DNA of 64,000 bases from Anaeromyxobacteraceae bacterium (GTDB lineage: Bacteria > Myxococcota > Myxococcia > Myxococcales > Anaeromyxobacteraceae). The first letter of the stretch is position 1; the number at the start of each line of letters is the position of its first letter. The notes below the pieces were generated by a model, which was not told where the DNA came from, did not search any database, and was given only the letters and a program-made list of their open reading frames with translations. Positions 61,876 to 64,000 of the stretch are shown one piece after another. The stretch covers positions 576,001 through 640,000 of the forward strand of contig JAULAX010000015.1 in NCBI GenBank assembly GCA_032654565.1. The letters run 5' to 3'. The translations under genes and the position numbers were made by a program.

Positions 61876-63051
61876 TCAGGCGGAGACCACGGTGAGCCGC
61901 GGGGGCGGGGGTGCCGCCGGGGGGAGCGGCTGCTCATGGACCTTGAGCACGTTGTAGAGCGAGTCGCGCTCGGCGGGGGTGCGGCCGGCGGCGCGGATCA
62001 GCTCGTGCAGCGACCGCTCGCTGAGCGCCTGCGGCACGTCGGAGCCGGCCATGTGGTAGATGCGCTCCTCGAGCACGGTGCCGTCGAGGTCGTCGACGCC
62101 GAAGCCGAGCGCCACCTGGGCCAGCCGCTCGCCCATCGACACCCAGTAGGCCTTCATGTGGTCGAAGTTGTCGAGGTAGAGCCGGGCCACCGCGGCGGTG
62201 CGCAGGGCGTCGAAGCCGGTCGGCTTGGGGTAGGCCTTGCCGATCATGTTGTGCTCGGGGTGGAAGGCCAGCGGGATGAAGACCTGGAAGCCGTGGGTCT
62301 CGTCCTGCAGCTCGCGCAGCCGGCGCATGTGGTCGACCCGCTCGTCGAGCCGCTCGATGTGGCCGTAGAGCATGGTGGCGTTGGAGCGGATGCCGAGCCG
62401 GTGGGCGGTGCGGTGGATCTCGATCCACTGGTCGGCGGTGGCCTTGTCGTCGCAGATCTTGCGGCGCACCCGCGGCGCGAAGATCTCGGCGCCGCCGCCG
62501 GGGATGGTGGTGAGGCCGGCGTCGCGCAGCTCGGAGAGCACCTGGGTGTAGCTCTTGCCGAACTTCTCCGCCCAGTAGTGGTACTCGATGGCGGTGAAGG
62601 CCTTGATGGCCAGCTCCGGCCAGGCCTGGTGGATGCGGGAGAGCAGGCCGGTGTAGTAGTCCCAGGGCAGGGTGGGGTGCAGCCCGGCCACGATGTGCAC
62701 CTCGGTGATGCCGAGCGGGCGCTTCGAGACCACCTTCTCCACCGCCTCGTCGAGCGACATGGTGTAGCCGTCGGAGGCCTGCTGGTCGTCCTTGCGGGCG
62801 AACGAGCAGAACTTGCAGGTGGCCACGCAGACGTTGGTGGGGTTGAGGTGGACGTTGCGGTTGTAGAAGGCCAGGTTGCCGTGGCGGGCCTCGCGCACGT
62901 GGTTGGCCAGCGCCCCCAGCGCCGCCAGGTCCTGGGCCTCGAAGAGCCGCAGGGCGTCGGCGTCGGTGAGGCGGGTGCCGGCCAGCACCTTGTCGCGGAT
63001 GGGGCCGAGGCCGTCGCGCTCCAGCGCCGTGTGGGCCAGGGTGGAGATCAT
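61876..63051 (-). CDS. mqnE: aminofutalosine synthase (radical SAM)
   Basis: NPTNVCVATCKFCSF, EVHIVAG, PGGGAEIF, SNATMLYGH, HMKAYW, ERIYHMAG. Confidence 0.93.
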   Translation of the reverse strand: MISTLAHTALERDGLGPIRDKVLAGTRLTDADALRLFEAQDLAALGALANHVREARHGNLAFYNRNVHLNPTNVCVATCKFCSFARKDDQQASDGYTMSLDEAVEKVVSKRPLGITEVHIVAGLHPTLPWDYYTGLLSRIHQAWPELAIKAFTAIEYHYWAEKFGKSYTQVLSELRDAGLTTIPGGGAEIFAPRVRRKICDDKATADQWIEIHRTAHRLGIRSNATMLYGHIERLDERVDHMRRLRELQDETHGFQVFIPLAFHPEHNMIGKAYPKPTGFDALRTAAVARLYLDNFDHMKAYWVSMGERLAQVALGFGVDDLDGTVLEERIYHMAGSDVPQALSERSLHELIRAAGRTPAERDSLYNVLKVHEQPLPPAAPPPPRLTVVSA

Positions 63052-63052
63052 G

Positions 63053-63643
63053 TCAGGGCTCCTCGACGGGCTCCGGCGCGCGCGGCGTCAGCCCGGTCCA
63101 GCGGGTCATCAGCTCGTTGGGCAGGCCGATGCGATCCAGCACCCGGGCCACCACGGTGTCGACCAGGGCCTCGATGGTCTTCGGCCCCGAGTAGAAGGAC
63201 GGCGAGGCCGGCATCACCACCGCCCCGGCCTCGATGACCTGGGTGATGGCGCGGGCGTGCACCAGCGAGAGGGGGGTCTCGCGCAGCACCAGCACCAGCT
63301 TGCGCTGCTCCTTGAGCATGACGTCGGCGGCGCGGCCGACCAGATCGATGGAGAGGCCGTGGGCGATGCGGGCCAGCTGGCCGGCCGAGCAGGGGATGAC
63401 CACCATGGCGTCGTACTGCGACGAGCCGGAGGCGAAGGGGGCGGTGAAGTCGTGGTTGCTCCAGGTCTTGAAAGGGTGGCGCGGGGCGCCGCCGATCTCC
63501 TGGGCCCAGACCTGCTTGCCGGTGGTGGTGAAGACGACGTCGACGCTGACGCCGTGGGCGGCGCCGTGCTCGGCGAGGAAGTCGAGGAGCCTTCTGGCGT
63601 AGGGGGCGCCGGTGGCGCCGCTGACCGCGACCACCAGCTTCAT
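63053..63643 (-). CDS. ubiX: flavin prenyltransferase
   Basis: VSGATGA, ASGS, RAADVMLKE, RETPL, PSFY. Confidence 0.93.
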   Translation of the reverse strand: MKLVVAVSGATGAPYARRLLDFLAEHGAAHGVSVDVVFTTTGKQVWAQEIGGAPRHPFKTWSNHDFTAPFASGSSQYDAMVVIPCSAGQLARIAHGLSIDLVGRAADVMLKEQRKLVLVLRETPLSLVHARAITQVIEAGAVVMPASPSFYSGPKTIEALVDTVVARVLDRIGLPNELMTRWTGLTPRAPEPVEEP

Positions 63644-63656
63644 GGCGTCCCGCCCG

Positions 63657-64000
63657 TCATGCCCGCACCGCCGTGACCAGCCCGCAGACGCCGGGGAAGA
63701 GGGTATGGCCGCGCACCTGGTGGAAGCCGGCCCGCCGCGCCGCCGCCTCGAACTCGGGGCGGGAGGCGAAGCGCTCCATCGACTCCACGAGGTAGCGGTA
63801 GGCCTCCGGGTCGGGCGAGAGCACCCGCCCCAGCACCGGCAGCGCCAGCCGGTTGTAGAGCCCGTGCACCAGCCTGGGGCCCGCCGACTCGGGGCGGAAG
63901 AACTCCAGGACGCCGAGCCGGCCGCCCGGCTTGAGCACCCGGGCCAGCTCCCCCAGCCCCACCTCGTACCGCTCCAGGTTGCGCATGCCGAAGGTGACGG
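63657..64000 (-). CDS. ubiE: menaquinone methyltransferase UbiE/MenG, 3' part (runs off window end)
   Basis: VTFGMRN, RVLKPGG, AYRYLVES. Confidence 0.88.
   Translation of the reverse strand, partial: VTFGMRNLERYEVGLGELARVLKPGGRLGVLEFFRPESAGPRLVHGLYNRLALPVLGRVLSPDPEAYRYLVESMERFASRPEFEAAARRAGFHQVRGHTLFPGVCGLVTAVRA

Overview
High-GC bacterial chromosome segment whose gene content and synteny point to a myxobacterium, probably Anaeromyxobacter-like (inferred, not database-checked). Positions 1-28.8 kb hold ordinary metabolic and secreted-protein genes: peptidases, fabH, acyl-CoA dehydrogenase, an ECF sigma factor, a cold-shock protein, glycerate kinase, a giant cyclic beta-1,2-glucan synthase, an MFS transporter, a cNMP-patatin and a subtilase. 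Positions 28.8-34.0 kb are a small accessory patch that includes an orphan antitoxin. Positions 34091-52466 are an 18.4-kb element integrated in tRNA-Gly(CCC) and bounded by a perfect 47-bp direct repeat. The att core lies inside the tyrosine-integrase reading frame, so excision would fuse the integrase in frame to a 108-aa tail with an excisionase-like HTH encoded at the opposite end; the stand-alone xis is broken by an amber codon. The cargo looks like a defence island: DUF2971-like pair, Abi-alpha-like gene, RelE/HigA-type toxin-antitoxin, RHH plus membrane-protein operon, HEPN-like plus 948-aa helical pair, IS21, DUF4238, orphan MNT, and a FokI-like nuclease bracketed by 16-bp palindromes. 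Positions 52.5-64 kb are core genes: hisG, murA, prmC, prfA and a futalosine (mqn) menaquinone cluster with an MqnA-MqnC fusion. All family calls come from motif recognition by eye; no searches were run.
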